64,000 nt of DNA from Trichoplax sp. H2 (taxonomy: Eukaryota): NCBI GenBank assembly GCA_003344405.1, contig NOWV01000148.1, positions 1 to 64,000 on the forward strand, in the 5' to 3' direction. The notes beneath the pieces are model-generated. The model did not search any database, had not been told where the DNA came from, and was given only the letters and a program-made list of their open reading frames with translations. A program made the translations under genes and the position numbers. This document shows, one piece after another, positions 27,630 through 39,763 of the stretch. Each line of letters opens with the position of its first letter. Positions within the stretch are counted from its first letter, which is position 1.

Positions 27630-30600
27630 TTAGCAATCATCAAGATAATTGCGACAATAAGATTTTGATATATTTCTAACGTATAGAAATAGCCTATTTA
27701 TTTGGATGATTTGGGTTAACAACAAGTAAGTATGATTAATTTCCACAGAAGTAGCCTCATTTTGCTTGCTATGATTATGATTAAGAATTCTCAAATTGTC
27801 ATTTGACTTGCTAATACGGAGATAATTTTGATTAAGAATTCTTAATTTTATTTTAATTGCCTTCAATTGCATAAAAATAGCCAGCTTATATTTACACTGA
27901 TAAGCATAGGCATTCCCTAGTTTGTTATGTAATGCAGCGACTTGTGGATAATCGTGACCAAAAATTGATAATTGAATTCTGAGTGACTGGTTGTACATAT
28001 AGATAGCCGCTTCGCTTTTACCCTGATCATAAAATACATTTCCCAGATTGTTATATAATGCAGCAACATCGGTATGATTGTGACTAAGTGCTGGCAATCG
28101 AATTTTGAGTGACTTCTCGTACATTGAAATAGCTTCTTCATACTTGCTTTGATTCGCATAAGCTAGACCAATGCTGTTATAAGACTTTGCGATGTCGAGA
28201 TGATTGTGATCGAGGACAGACAATCTAATTTTGAGTGATTTCTTGAACATAAAAACAGCTTCTTCATACTTGCCTTGATAATAATATACAGCACCCATTC
28301 TGTCATATGATATAGCTACTTCGAGAGAGTTGTGGTTAGTGAGAGATAATTGAATATTATGTGATTTTTCGTACATAGATATACCCTGCTCATGCTTTCC
28401 CGCCAAAGTATACACAACTCCCAGATTATTATACGAACTTGCAACATAGGGATGATTGTGATCAAGGACTGATAATCGAATTTTGAGTGATTTATCAAAC
28501 ATAGAAATTGCCTGTTTAAACTTTCCTCGATAAGCATAAACAGTGCCCAGGTTGCAATATGAATGAGCGATATCAGGATGATCGTGATCAAGGAGTAATA
28601 ATCGAATTTTGAGCGATTTCTCATGCATGGAAATAGCCTCATCTGACTTTCCCAGCATAAGATAATAATTTCCCAGATTGCTGTACGAATGGGCAACATC
28701 GGGATGATCATGACTAAGGACCAATAGTCGAATTTTGAGAGACTCTTTATGCATAAAAATAGCTTCTTCAAGCTTGTGTTGACGTCCATATAAATCTCCT
28801 AAAATGCTGTATGATCTGGCAACATCAGGATGATGGTAGCCAAGGGCTACCAATTGAATTTTAAGCGACTTATCGCTGATAGAAATAGCTTCTTCATATT
28901 TTCCCTGATTGTTATAGACAGAACAAATATTGCTATATGATTTAGCAACATCGGGATGATAGCGACCAAGGGCTGATAGTCGAATTTTAAGTGATTTCTC
29001 AAATATAGACAAAGCCTCTTCATACTTGCATAAACAACTATATGCAGCTCCCATGTTGTTATACACTATTGCGATATCTGGATGACTGGGACCAAGAACT
29101 AATGATTGAATTTCCAGTGATTTCTGAAACATGGCAATTGCCCTGGTATATTGGCCTTGTAGATGATGAGCAGTTCCGATATTGCCGTATGAATGAGCGA
29201 CATAAAGATGATTTACGCTAAAATTTGACAAATTGATTTTAAGCGACTTCTTAAACATAGAAATAGCCTCTTCATACTTGCCTTGGTCACAACACGCACC
29301 TCCTATGTTGTTGTATAATTTGGCAAGATCGGGATGATTGTGATCAAGGACTGTCAATAAAATTTTGAGTGATTTCTTATACATGGAAATAGCTTCATCA
29401 TGCTTGCCCTGATTACTGTATACCGCTCCCATGTTGTTATATGGTTCAGCAACAGCAAGGTAATTGTTACCACCAATTGACAATCGAATTTTGAGAGACT
29501 TTCTATACATAGTAATAGCTTCTTGATACTTTCCTACATGCACGTAAGCATGAGCAATACTGCTATATGTATTGGCCATAGTGGGATGATTGTGATCAAG
29601 GACCGACATTTGCATTTTGAGCGATTTCTCAAAGACAGAAATAGCTTCTTCGTACTTGCCTTGATCATTATACACATTTCCTAGATTAATATATATTGTG
29701 GCAATATCAGGATGATCATGGCCATGAGCTAATAACTGAATACTTAGTGACTTCTCGTACATAGAAATAGCCTCTTGATGTTTGTGCTGATAATAATACG
29801 TGATGCCTATGTTCATATATGTATCAGCAAGATCAAGATGATTATGACCAAAGACTGCTACTTTAATTTTAAGTGACTTCTCAAACATACGAATAGCCTC
29901 TTCGTGCTTGCCTTGACCACTGTAGGCAAGACCAATGTTGTTATATGAACTAGCAACATCAGGATGATTGTGACCGAGGACTGACAATTGAATTTCAAGC
30001 GATTTCTTAAACATAGTAACAGCCTCTTCACGTTTACCTTGACGATAATACGCTTTTCCTAAATTGTTATATAAAATAGCAATATCCGAATGATGATGGC
30101 CAAGAACTGATAGTTGATTTTCGAGTGTCTTCTTATACGTAGAAATAGCTTCTTCATAATTTCCCTGATCAATATAACTAAGACCAATGTTATTGTACGA
30201 TTGGGCAACATCTGGATGTTTATGATCAAGGATTGATAATCTAATTTTGAGTGACTTTTCTTGCATAGAGATAGCTTCATCATTCCTGCCCTGATATCTA
30301 TGGATAAGACTCATGTTGTTATATGATGTGGCTATGTCAGGATGATTGCATTGCAGGACTGAATTTCGAATTTTGAGGGAGTTCTCAAGCATAGAAGTAG
30401 CTTCCATTTGCTTCCCCTGCATAAAGTATAAAACTCCCAGGTTGTTATATGCCGAGGCTATGGATGGATGATTGTGATCAAAGATTGATAGTTTAATTTG
30501 CAGTGACTTCTCAATCATGGAAATAGCTTCTTCATTCTTGGCTTGATTACGGTACACCACTGCTATATTATTATATAATTTTGCAACTAGGCTATGCTTT

Positions 30601-32264
30601 TCACCAAAAATTAACAATCGAATCTTGAGAGATTTCTTAAACATATCTATAGACTCTTCTAGTTTACCTTGATCAAGGTACAAAGCTCCCATACTACAAT
30701 ATGATATTGAAACATCGGGATGATTACAGCCATAGATCGACAACTGAATTTTGAGTGATTTCTCATACATAGAAAGAGCCACTTCAAAATTGCCCTGATT
30801 TTGATAAACTATTCCGATGTTGTTGTATAATTTGGCAATTTGGGGATGATTATGCTGAAAGATTGACATTAAAATTTTGAGCGACTTTTCATACATAGAA
30901 ATAGCATCTTCATTCTTCATCATTTGATTATACGCATTTCCTATATTGCAATATGACTTCGCAACTTCGGAGTGCATGTCACCAAAGACAGATAATTGAA
31001 TTTCCAGCGACTTGTTAAACATAGAAATAGCCTCTTCATTTTTTTCTTGATCGACGAATACATTGCCTAGAGAGCTATAAGTTTTGGCTGTATCGGGATG
31101 TTTGTGACCAAGAGTCGATAATTGAATTTTGAGCGACTTCTCATACATAGAAATCGCCTCTTCATATTTATTCTGATCAGAAAAGATATTTCCAAGATGA
31201 AAATATGTTTTTGCAATATCGGGGTGATTATTCTCAAGAGCTGAGCATTGAATTTTGAGTGAATTTTCGTGCATGGCCATAGCTTCTTCGTACTTGTACT
31301 GATGGAAAAATACGTTTCCCATGTTATTATATAATTGGGCAACATAGAGATGATTGCGGCCAAGAATTGACACCTGAATTTTGAGTGACTTATGATACAT
31401 GGAAATTGCTTCCTTGTACTTAGCCTGTTCGTCAAGAACATTTCCTAGATAGTTATATGTTTTAGCAGTATCAGGATGATTGTGATTCAAAACTGATAGC
31501 TGAATCTTGAGCGATTTTTCATGCATAGTATAAGCTTCTTCGTATTTAGCCTGATGGTAATACGTATTTCCCATACTGTTATAGGATTGGGCAATCTCGA
31601 GATGATTTCCTCCAAGCACTGACAATTGAATTTTAATTGACTTTTCATACATTGAAACAGCCTCTTCATACTTGCATTGATCATCAAAAACATTTCCTAA
31701 ATAGTTATAGCTTTTTGCAACTTCGGAATAATTGTAATTTAGCACTGAAATTTGAGTTTTAAGCGATTTTTCATAGATAGAGTCAGCCAGTTTATATTTA
31801 CCAAGACAATAATCTACAACTTCCACCTCTTCGTACGAATTACTACCATATGAATTATCATTGCCCAAGTACCTTAACTTTTTGTCTAGTGATTTTATAA
31901 AATTATCTAATGCCCCTTTCCAATCTCTTTGCATTCGCTTAAATGTACCGTATCGGTCTAAACATCGAGCAATCACTATTTCGTTTTCCAGTTTTTGAGC
32001 TATATCTTGCGCTTGTTCAATCAATGGTTCAGCTTTCATCCATTCATTTTGCTGTAGATAGATGTCACTAGCACGTAAGCAAACATCGATTTGAAATCGA
32101 TGGAAATCGATGCTGCTTGTGGCCAAAGTTTGAACTTTATCCAAGACTAGCATATAGCAAGAAATCGCCTCATTAAGTTTGCCAAACTCATCATTTTCTT
32201 CGCCCGCCTTATAAAGTGAATTAATTTCTTCAGGGATACCAGCCATAGCAGATCGATTAGCCAT
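27630..32264 (-). CDS. Intronless 1544-aa TPR solenoid protein, about 32 tandem 42-aa repeats (KLC/NPHP3-type)
   Basis: Single ORF with consensus HPDVAKSYNNIGxVYxxQGKYEEAISMYEKSLKIQLSxLGHN and 126-bp DNA periodicity. It has a roughly 130-aa helical N-terminal cap and no recognisable enzymatic or NTPase domain. Confidence 0.92.
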   Translation of the reverse strand: MANRSAMAGIPEEINSLYKAGEENDEFGKLNEAISCYMLVLDKVQTLATSSIDFHRFQIDVCLRASDIYLQQNEWMKAEPLIEQAQDIAQKLENEIVIARCLDRYGTFKRMQRDWKGALDNFIKSLDKKLRYLGNDNSYGSNSYEEVEVVDYCLGKYKLADSIYEKSLKTQISVLNYNYSEVAKSYNYLGNVFDDQCKYEEAVSMYEKSIKIQLSVLGGNHLEIAQSYNSMGNTYYHQAKYEEAYTMHEKSLKIQLSVLNHNHPDTAKTYNYLGNVLDEQAKYKEAISMYHKSLKIQVSILGRNHLYVAQLYNNMGNVFFHQYKYEEAMAMHENSLKIQCSALENNHPDIAKTYFHLGNIFSDQNKYEEAISMYEKSLKIQLSTLGHKHPDTAKTYSSLGNVFVDQEKNEEAISMFNKSLEIQLSVFGDMHSEVAKSYCNIGNAYNQMMKNEDAISMYEKSLKILMSIFQHNHPQIAKLYNNIGIVYQNQGNFEVALSMYEKSLKIQLSIYGCNHPDVSISYCSMGALYLDQGKLEESIDMFKKSLKIRLLIFGEKHSLVAKLYNNIAVVYRNQAKNEEAISMIEKSLQIKLSIFDHNHPSIASAYNNLGVLYFMQGKQMEATSMLENSLKIRNSVLQCNHPDIATSYNNMSLIHRYQGRNDEAISMQEKSLKIRLSILDHKHPDVAQSYNNIGLSYIDQGNYEEAISTYKKTLENQLSVLGHHHSDIAILYNNLGKAYYRQGKREEAVTMFKKSLEIQLSVLGHNHPDVASSYNNIGLAYSGQGKHEEAIRMFEKSLKIKVAVFGHNHLDLADTYMNIGITYYYQHKHQEAISMYEKSLSIQLLAHGHDHPDIATIYINLGNVYNDQGKYEEAISVFEKSLKMQMSVLDHNHPTMANTYSSIAHAYVHVGKYQEAITMYRKSLKIRLSIGGNNYLAVAEPYNNMGAVYSNQGKHDEAISMYKKSLKILLTVLDHNHPDLAKLYNNIGGACCDQGKYEEAISMFKKSLKINLSNFSVNHLYVAHSYGNIGTAHHLQGQYTRAIAMFQKSLEIQSLVLGPSHPDIAIVYNNMGAAYSCLCKYEEALSIFEKSLKIRLSALGRYHPDVAKSYSNICSVYNNQGKYEEAISISDKSLKIQLVALGYHHPDVARSYSILGDLYGRQHKLEEAIFMHKESLKIRLLVLSHDHPDVAHSYSNLGNYYLMLGKSDEAISMHEKSLKIRLLLLDHDHPDIAHSYCNLGTVYAYRGKFKQAISMFDKSLKIRLSVLDHNHPYVASSYNNLGVVYTLAGKHEQGISMYEKSHNIQLSLTNHNSLEVAISYDRMGAVYYYQGKYEEAVFMFKKSLKIRLSVLDHNHLDIAKSYNSIGLAYANQSKYEEAISMYEKSLKIRLPALSHNHTDVAALYNNLGNVFYDQGKSEAAIYMYNQSLRIQLSIFGHDYPQVAALHNKLGNAYAYQCKYKLAIFMQLKAIKIKLRILNQNYLRISKSNDNLRILNHNHSKQNEATSVEINHTYLLLTQIIQINRLFLYVRNISKSYCRNYLDDC

Positions 32265-33598
32265 ACTTTAGAAATCTTATAAAAATAGATTAGTTCAATA
32301 TCAGACAATTCACACATGTAACTTCGAAAAGTGTATATGAAAATTGTTATAAATCCCTCATAATTCTATTAGTAGTGATTGGTGTTACAATATAAACAAT
32401 TTAAATGTTTTGGATGATGTAAGAGAACACTAGTGGCCAGGCATTGATCTAAACGCCAAAGGGTTACAGTAAGAAGTGAATAAGCAAGTACATACTTGAC
32501 GTATAAGGTCTATATCTCGTATAATGACATTGATATGTCTTAGATCCTAGCAAACTTATCTTAATAAATTAGAGTTAAAGTGTAACTGTAACGTACTAAT
32601 AAGGTGCGTAATAGTTTACATTTAAGTTTAAGCAAGTTTCAAATTGCTGTGATGCGTGTAGGAATTGTAAGCTAGTCTAAGAGATGTGAGTTTCTTTCAA
32701 AATGTCTAAATATTATTTGTATTTTCGTATTAATTTACGAGATTAAAGATACAGCTGAATTCAAAAAAAAATTTAGCAAATTACTTTAGATCTTTGAAGG
32801 CTTTTTATAGTATGAGAATATAATTTACTAGACATCAAATTATTATGCAGGTTTAACATTTGAAAGCGTTCCTTGTTGGAGCAATAATTGATTGAAGAGA
32901 TTTTGTAACGTGAGTCTGAAATTATTTATTTCCTCCTTAGTTTTATGAGAATTACTTCTGAATACTACTAATTTGGATAGGGAAATACTTGAATAAAAAA
33001 CAACAAAAATATAAAAAATATAAATATCTATACGGATGCAGCCTCAATTCAAAAAGCTTTACCACTAAGAATACAAGATTTTTTTCATATCTGTATAGCT
33101 TCTAATTCAACGTAAAATTTAACCCGTCAGTATCAATTTGACATATGCATATATATATTCAAGATTGACATGACTTACGATCTAAGATATAAATCAGATA
33201 GACAAATGAGGTAGATTTCTCTCCTTTTAGATCTACGAAAATGTTGTTCTTAACGTAATCTATAAAACTTGTTATCCAATGGTATTTCAAGTTTGTAATA
33301 ATTAACTGGTAAGCTCTGCAACACTATACAATATAGTACTAGCTACAACGCTCGTTTTACGAACAAATAATTCAATGCTTAAATTATGTAGCTCAATTTT
33401 ACAGTGATCAATGCTTAATATATTGCAATGTATATTTTATTTAATAGAGTTAATAGAGTTTTAGAAGAGTATTAGGATGAGTAAGAACGGGAGGAGTAGT
33501 CGGGTTTACTAATGTACACAGTAGACGGTGCACAATGTACTGAATATATGAACATATCATAATAGACCACAAGTTGTAACTTATATGGAAGGTAGTAG

Positions 33599-33636
33599 CA
33601 TGGACTACAAAGTTTCTAGAAGTTAAGTAGTCCATG
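33599..33636. repeat. 38-bp palindrome/hairpin upstream of the TPR gene
   Basis: CATGGACTAC-aaagttTCTAGAagttaa-GTAGTCCATG: perfect 10-bp arms around a TCTAGA centre. Confidence 0.8.
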
Positions 33637-36600
33637 ATAGTAAGTTCTTAATCAGCACTGTAGGGACACTGTACTACACTAATGATAGTGCTAAAAGTGG
33701 CATTGAATTCTAGTGGCTGCGCATGGAAGTATGATTGTGACTGAAATAGACAGTTAGGCCCGCAGCGGGTGATTTTATTTTCTAAATGATTTTCATTATT
33801 AAATTATAGAACTTTATTTTTAATTCTGTGTCCGGTAGAAATAAACTATTTAGCACTATATCAATAAGCAAATGTACTTAATATCAAGCCACATGCTTTG
33901 AAAATGATCCAATTTTAATATCATTGCATCATATCCTACCTTTAGGACAAGTTTTTAATTAAGCGGAAATTTTTCCACTTTCTGACCCTATTTTAGAGGG
34001 CTTGAACACGAAGAACAGCAATAATTCAAAACGTCTATTCCTGATTTATTAATTAGCTAGTCCGGAATTCTCGAGTGTTAACAGATAGTTATATTAATAT
34101 CTCAAATTAGCTGTTTTACAGCGTTTGCTTGTCAAATTCTCTTTTCTTATATTTTCTAAAAATTTTAACTACCACAAAATCGGGGCTATGGTTGAAAAAT
34201 TTAATTCAGTTATCTACGTTACGCTTTTAGTATCTGTCATTAGGCTGATGAGGGTATGAGTGAATTTTATCAGCTACTCTAGCTTATTATACAGCTATAA
34301 AACAATCAATATAGAATTTTTAATTATTTCGTTACCTTTATTCGATATATAAATCTTCAAATCTTAACCGCCTAACGTCAGGACTTCCAGCACTTCACAA
34401 CTTAGTTCTTCGCTATGATAAGATCAACTAATTCAGCTTTAGCATTTTACAATTTCGATATTACTACATCGCAGTTCTATATTATATGCTAAATCGAGAG
34501 TAGCAATCATTACGTTGCTGTTGTTATAGAAACTGCCTTCGCACAGCTTCTACAATTACCGTGAATGTCCGTTCAATATACCTTCCGTATATTATATACT
34601 AATGTTGTATTAGCAAGTTCCTTTAGCGATTGAGCGATGATCTGTTGAGCTAGACTAATTTATATCATTTAAATAAGACTAATGTATGCTATTTATATAT
34701 TGGACAACCAGGATTTATAGATATAAAGTATACGCTTTTATAAAGTACTGTGGTACTGCCAATGAGTAATAATTAATATCAGAATCACAACAATCTACGG
34801 TATAAGTATTTTAAACTGATCAAAACATAAAAGTTTTCGCTTATTTCTATGTTGATAAATTTTACGCGTACTACGCGTAAATATTTAGATTCTGTCTTCG
34901 AGGCGAATCTTTCACTACCGTAAAACGAACTGCTATCATTTACCATACGCTATTTTGTGAATTAAAGTCCTGTATTATATTGGAAGTTTCTCACTAAAAT
35001 TCTATTTAAATTTAATTCTCACAAGATAACTGTCTCCGGAAGATGAATTTTAAATATTGCCATTATTAATGCGGAGTTTAAGAGTATTAGAGCAATAATT
35101 AATTAGAACAAAAATCGAATCAAAAGCTTCCTGAGGTCGAAAGAAGTTAAAGTTCCCTGCATGTTTATCTATGCAGTTCTAAAACATATTTCATTTAATC
35201 TTTACCATCTATCAGACTTGGGTCACAGAATAGAATACATGTCCTCAATGTAATCAAGATACTTTACCATACGAACCAATCTGCTTTATTCAAGAATAAT
35301 ACTAGATGAAATTTGGACGGTTGGATTATTTCCATGCAGTAAGAATTTTCTAATATTTCAATCCTTCTTTTATCCGATATAGAACAGGATTCAAAGTTTA
35401 AGCTCTTTAATAATTAGAATTAAATAAAAATTTTTCACAACGGAGGCTGTCATTGAAAGAAGCAGCGCATAAGTAGATAAGGGTAAGGAAAAGTGGAACT
35501 CTGAAGGGTTATGGACCGACATCAAATTGTAATTAATGCCCAATCTTACGGTTTTATTCTTAACCGTAGATTACTATTTTATGTTTATCAACATAGGCAA
35601 TAACAAAGGTAACGTAACCTTCGTCTTGAAATTTTGCATGATTGCTATTGCAATCTTCATCTTGATCCTGGCTCAATAAATAAAGTTCAATGAAGTTCTT
35701 ATAAATACAGTACGCTGGCATCGAACATTCTTTTAAAGCCCTTCTGTCGAATATTACTCTGATAGTTTTAAACCATTTTAGAAATAAATATACTTCGATG
35801 GCTATAGGCTAACATCAAAAATGAACTATCAGGATGATCAAGGCTATTTGACGTTTCGCTGAGTAAACAAGTGCTATTTCGTTGCGCATGCTAGCAAATT
35901 CAAGGTTATTTATTCACCATTGGTGCTACTATATCGCTGCTGCAAGAATAATAATATCGCTCAGTCAATTACTACTAACATAAATAGCGTTCGATTTCAT
36001 CATCGGACTGGACATCATTAATAATAGCCGAAATCAAGATCAACAGACTTAGTCGTTGTCCATTTCTAAAGCAGAAATATTGCTTTAGCTACTTTATACA
36101 CTTGATTTAGAATATAAATTCACGATTAAACCTCTGTACTAGTCAACATCGTAATAAAATCGGAAAAAGTATAATTCGAACGATTCCAGTATTTATAAGG
36201 TACATAATGTCCAGCCACCTTAAGTTCATTCTTTATTACTTCATTTTTTTCCCTAACAATTCGAACCTGAGTATTTAATAGCTCTAGCCCATGTCTATAT
36301 GGCACTCTGACATTTTAATTCTACTGGCAGATTTGCGAACCTACCTGACTCGGTTAATACTATAGGTATTGATTAAAATGAACCATTGCTATTGCTACAA
36401 TTTAACTGTGAATAATAACAATGGTGCATTTCCTTGCAAGGTTGTTCATGTCATTATATGATTACTAATGATAGTTAAGTTCCTTTGAACGGGTATATAT
36501 TCTACACAAAGCAAGATATTGAAAGGAAATTCCCAGCCAGATTATTTCTTACTACTGTACGAATATATGCTTACACTTATGATGAAACTACTATACCTTA

Positions 36601-36805
36601 AACTAAAACTTGACTTATCCATATAAATAATGTGGTCGATAGGATAAATACAAATAGAAAAGAAAATACTTGTAAAATAATGATACCCATATCTGAAGCA
36701 GTCTTCCACTGTCCAACTGACCGCGATATCCAAAATTATTAATAGAAATGTTATTCTTCTTATTTTTTGGATCAAAAGTGGACAGGACTAGCGTAGATGT
36801 TTCAA

Positions 36806-37662
36806 ATGGATGATGATGAATTTCAAATCGTAGTCGCTTCCTCGGATTAAATGAAATAGATTATGAAGATGACAGAAAATGAAGGTTGAAATCCTGGATG
36901 TAAAGATGCAATGACTTTTTCAACTAGCTGATCCAATAGGTCAGTTTGTCGCCTTACTCAAACGGATGAGCTAAAGGTTGTCTTACAGTAATCAACTATG
37001 AAGATTTTGCATTCGATGAGCAATATATTTTGAAGAAGGAACACCGTGATAAATGCTATGGTATGAAGCTCTCTCAGCATGCACGGAAGTACTGGAAGAA
37101 ATTTGAAAATTATAGACTCGAAGCAGTGCCTCAACAAGTCGTAACTATCAAAAGTATTTGGACCTTCAAATTTATCATCGTACTATGCGATATGCTGGAG
37201 TAGTAAGTAAGCCATACACTCAGTGTAATGCTGTTATGGATGCTAAAAGTATCTCTTTCGACAAATCGTTACAATATGATCGAAGCCATTCGCCTAATCT
37301 TAGAAAGTATTTTCTAGTTGTGTGGATTAATCTAGCAACAGATCGTAGCTTAGTCTATTTAGACGATGATCAAGTTATCCAACAATTTGGTGCCATACGC
37401 AAAGGTATTGATAGCTATAAAAACGGTACTTTGTATGCAGAAAGTTTTCAAATGGCCGATAGCTTAATTCATACACTAGCAGGAACGTATGAAAATTGTA
37501 AAGTGGTCTTAGATGCACCAATACCTCAATAAGAATGCTATTAAACTTATTAAAACATTACAATTACAAGAAATATTAGAAATCATTAGAATGCATACTA
37601 ACTAATTCCTTACATACGATTTGAATACAGTTTAAGGTCTTATCTGTTTGGAACTTGGATAA
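36806..37662 (+). pseudogene. GNAT acetyltransferase pseudogene (tandem copy of 38912-39763)
   Basis: Colinear with the intact copy from MDDDEFQIVVASSD to CLELG*. Carries premature stops (TAA about 36848, TAG about 36857, TGA about 36887) and frameshifts. Confidence 0.93.
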
Positions 37663-38911
37663 AGTTTAAATAGATCCAATTTATAGCTTACTAGCAAATC
37701 GTCATGTTGGATAATTCTACAGTATACCTTGTAACTGAAAAATAAGGGTTAAATTTTCTAAATATATTGCCGTCGTTAGAGAACAGTGCTAAATGTTATA
37801 CCTACTTATTGAGATTATCAATCTGTAATGTCTATTAGGATAAGATCAATAAAGTACTAGCGCGTAACATCGTCTCTATTTTCAGCCTTCATCTTCTTGG
37901 AAATGATCTAGAATGACTCCTACTCTCTCTTTAGGGCTATCTTTCTTGGCTTGTCGAAGATAAGTATCTCTTTTCGTCTTCCATTGTAAAATCTACTGGC
38001 GCAGCGGCACTAAAGATCAAGAGATATTTAAAAGTAAAATAATTTACTCCATTTGATAATGACGGCTATACTCCAATATAAGTAGGATATCAAGATTACC
38101 TGTGCTAAATGTAATTGTCGTTTATTTTAAAATTATTTGGACAATATAAAATGCACTATTGTAATTATAATATGCTCTTTACTGAGCCATTGGCTAACAT
38201 TAGAGAATGGTCATTATATATATATTATGTTATGTAAATGTAAACTTTGTCCCTTATGTTTTCCTCTTGATAACCAATCATCTGCCTATGTATATCCGCA
38301 TATCATATGATATTAAAGTAAATTAGCCATTTGTTTAGCGCCTGACATTGTTACTACTCCTTGGTCACAGCATGATTATGATGGAAATGAGTCTTACCAG
38401 TAGGAGTACAGGATTCTTCTCAATCATTACTTTGTAGCTGCTCGATTCAAGGTCTTATTGTCACAGACTTTGCCGTCGTCCATTCCGAAACGAACGCAGA
38501 AAAATCCATCGTCGACTACAAATCGATTATTTATCGTCTTTATTCAGTGTGGAATACGAGACATACTCATTCACTGTAGATAAAAGTAATTCGTTACTTA
38601 AATCTGCTTTAATCGAAATTAAAATATTGTAGGTTAAATAAATTTTTTCAATCTGTTTTATATCAATGGTTAATACAGCATTTACCATACGATCAAAATG
38701 ATGTTGAGCAACAAAATGTACTGCATAAGCGAGCATTACCACTCTATCTTTAAAATTTTACAATGAAATAAAGTTCTTACCACAGTATATTCTACTGCTC
38801 AGCCCGTCCTACCATCAAAACGACTTGTTGTTCTTCAGTTTTATTAGGTTTCATCACAATAACCTAGCTTTTTTTAATTTAGGCTAAAACCTCCCCAAAT
38901 AAGAAAACAAG

Positions 38912-39763
38912 ATGGCTAGTAATGAATTTCAAATTGTAGTTGCTTCTTCGGACCAAGTGAAATGGATTATGAAGATGGTAGAAGATGAAGGCTGGAACCC
39001 TGGATGCAAAGATCCGATCACTTTTCAACTCTCTGATCCATTAGGCATCTTTGTTGGCTTACTCAACGGAGAAGTTATCGGCTGCGTAGCAGGAGTCCAG
39101 TATGAGGATTTTGGTCATGGTGGGTTATATATTATGATGAAAAAATATCGTGGTAAAGGCTATGGCATGAAGTTATTTCTGCATGCATTGAATCGTTTAC
39201 GAAAAAGTCCAAAATTTGGATTAGATGCAGTGCTTGAACAAGTCAGTAATTACCAAAATGCCGGTTTTCAAACTTTTCATCACACTATGCGATATATTGG
39301 AATAGTTAGTAAGCCAGATTTTCCGTGCAATCACATTGTAGATGCTAAAAGTGTCTCTTTCGACAAATTGCTACAATATGATCGATGTCATTCGCCTGGT
39401 CTTCGAAAGTATTTTCTAGCAGCATGGATTAATCTAGGAACAGATCGTAGCTTAGTGTACTTAGATGATAATCAAAATATTCAAGGGTTTGGTGCTATTC
39501 GTAAAGCTAATGATGGCTATAAAATCGGACCTTTGTACGCAGAAAGTTTCCAAATTGCCGAAAGTTTAATTCATGCGTTAGCAGGCACATTTGATAATTG
39601 CAAACTGGCCTTGGATGTACCCATACCTAATAAAAGTGCTGTAAAGCTTGCCGAGAAATTACAATTAAAGGGAGAATTTGAAACCGTTAGAATGTGTTAT
39701 ACTCAACCCTTTACATACGATTGGAACACGGTTTATGGTCTTACTTGCTTGGAACTTGGATGA
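38912..39763 (+). CDS. Two-domain GNAT N-acetyltransferase (YitH/Acetyltransf_18-like), intronless CDS, 283 aa
   Basis: EGWNPG, acetyl-CoA motif A YRGKGYG, LDAV..QVSNYQNAGF, GFGAIRKA..GYKIGPLYAES, LDVPIPN and C-terminal CLELG are the pattern of the bacterial YitH-like double-GNAT family. Confidence 0.88.
   Translation: MASNEFQIVVASSDQVKWIMKMVEDEGWNPGCKDPITFQLSDPLGIFVGLLNGEVIGCVAGVQYEDFGHGGLYIMMKKYRGKGYGMKLFLHALNRLRKSPKFGLDAVLEQVSNYQNAGFQTFHHTMRYIGIVSKPDFPCNHIVDAKSVSFDKLLQYDRCHSPGLRKYFLAAWINLGTDRSLVYLDDNQNIQGFGAIRKANDGYKIGPLYAESFQIAESLIHALAGTFDNCKLALDVPIPNKSAVKLAEKLQLKGEFETVRMCYTQPFTYDWNTVYGLTCLELG

Noticed and set aside
27917-31693. Several 68-157 aa alternative-frame ORFs inside the TPR gene
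   Set aside because: Shadow frames produced by the 126-bp repeat and its codon bias; no independent coding signal.
27630-32264. Regular repeat array considered as CRISPR-like or satellite
   Set aside because: The units are in-frame coding repeats with no repeat-spacer alternation, in a eukaryotic context.
32530-32690. Weak imperfect inverted repeat upstream of the TPR gene
   Set aside because: Too degenerate in AT-rich sequence to separate from chance.
36806-37662. Stop-codon readthrough or selenocysteine in GNAT copy 1
   Set aside because: All three stop types plus frameshifts occur, consistent with plain pseudogenisation.
37860-38742. Exon-like minus-strand fragments between GNAT copies
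   Set aside because: Stops in all frames and no recognisable motif; cannot be assigned.
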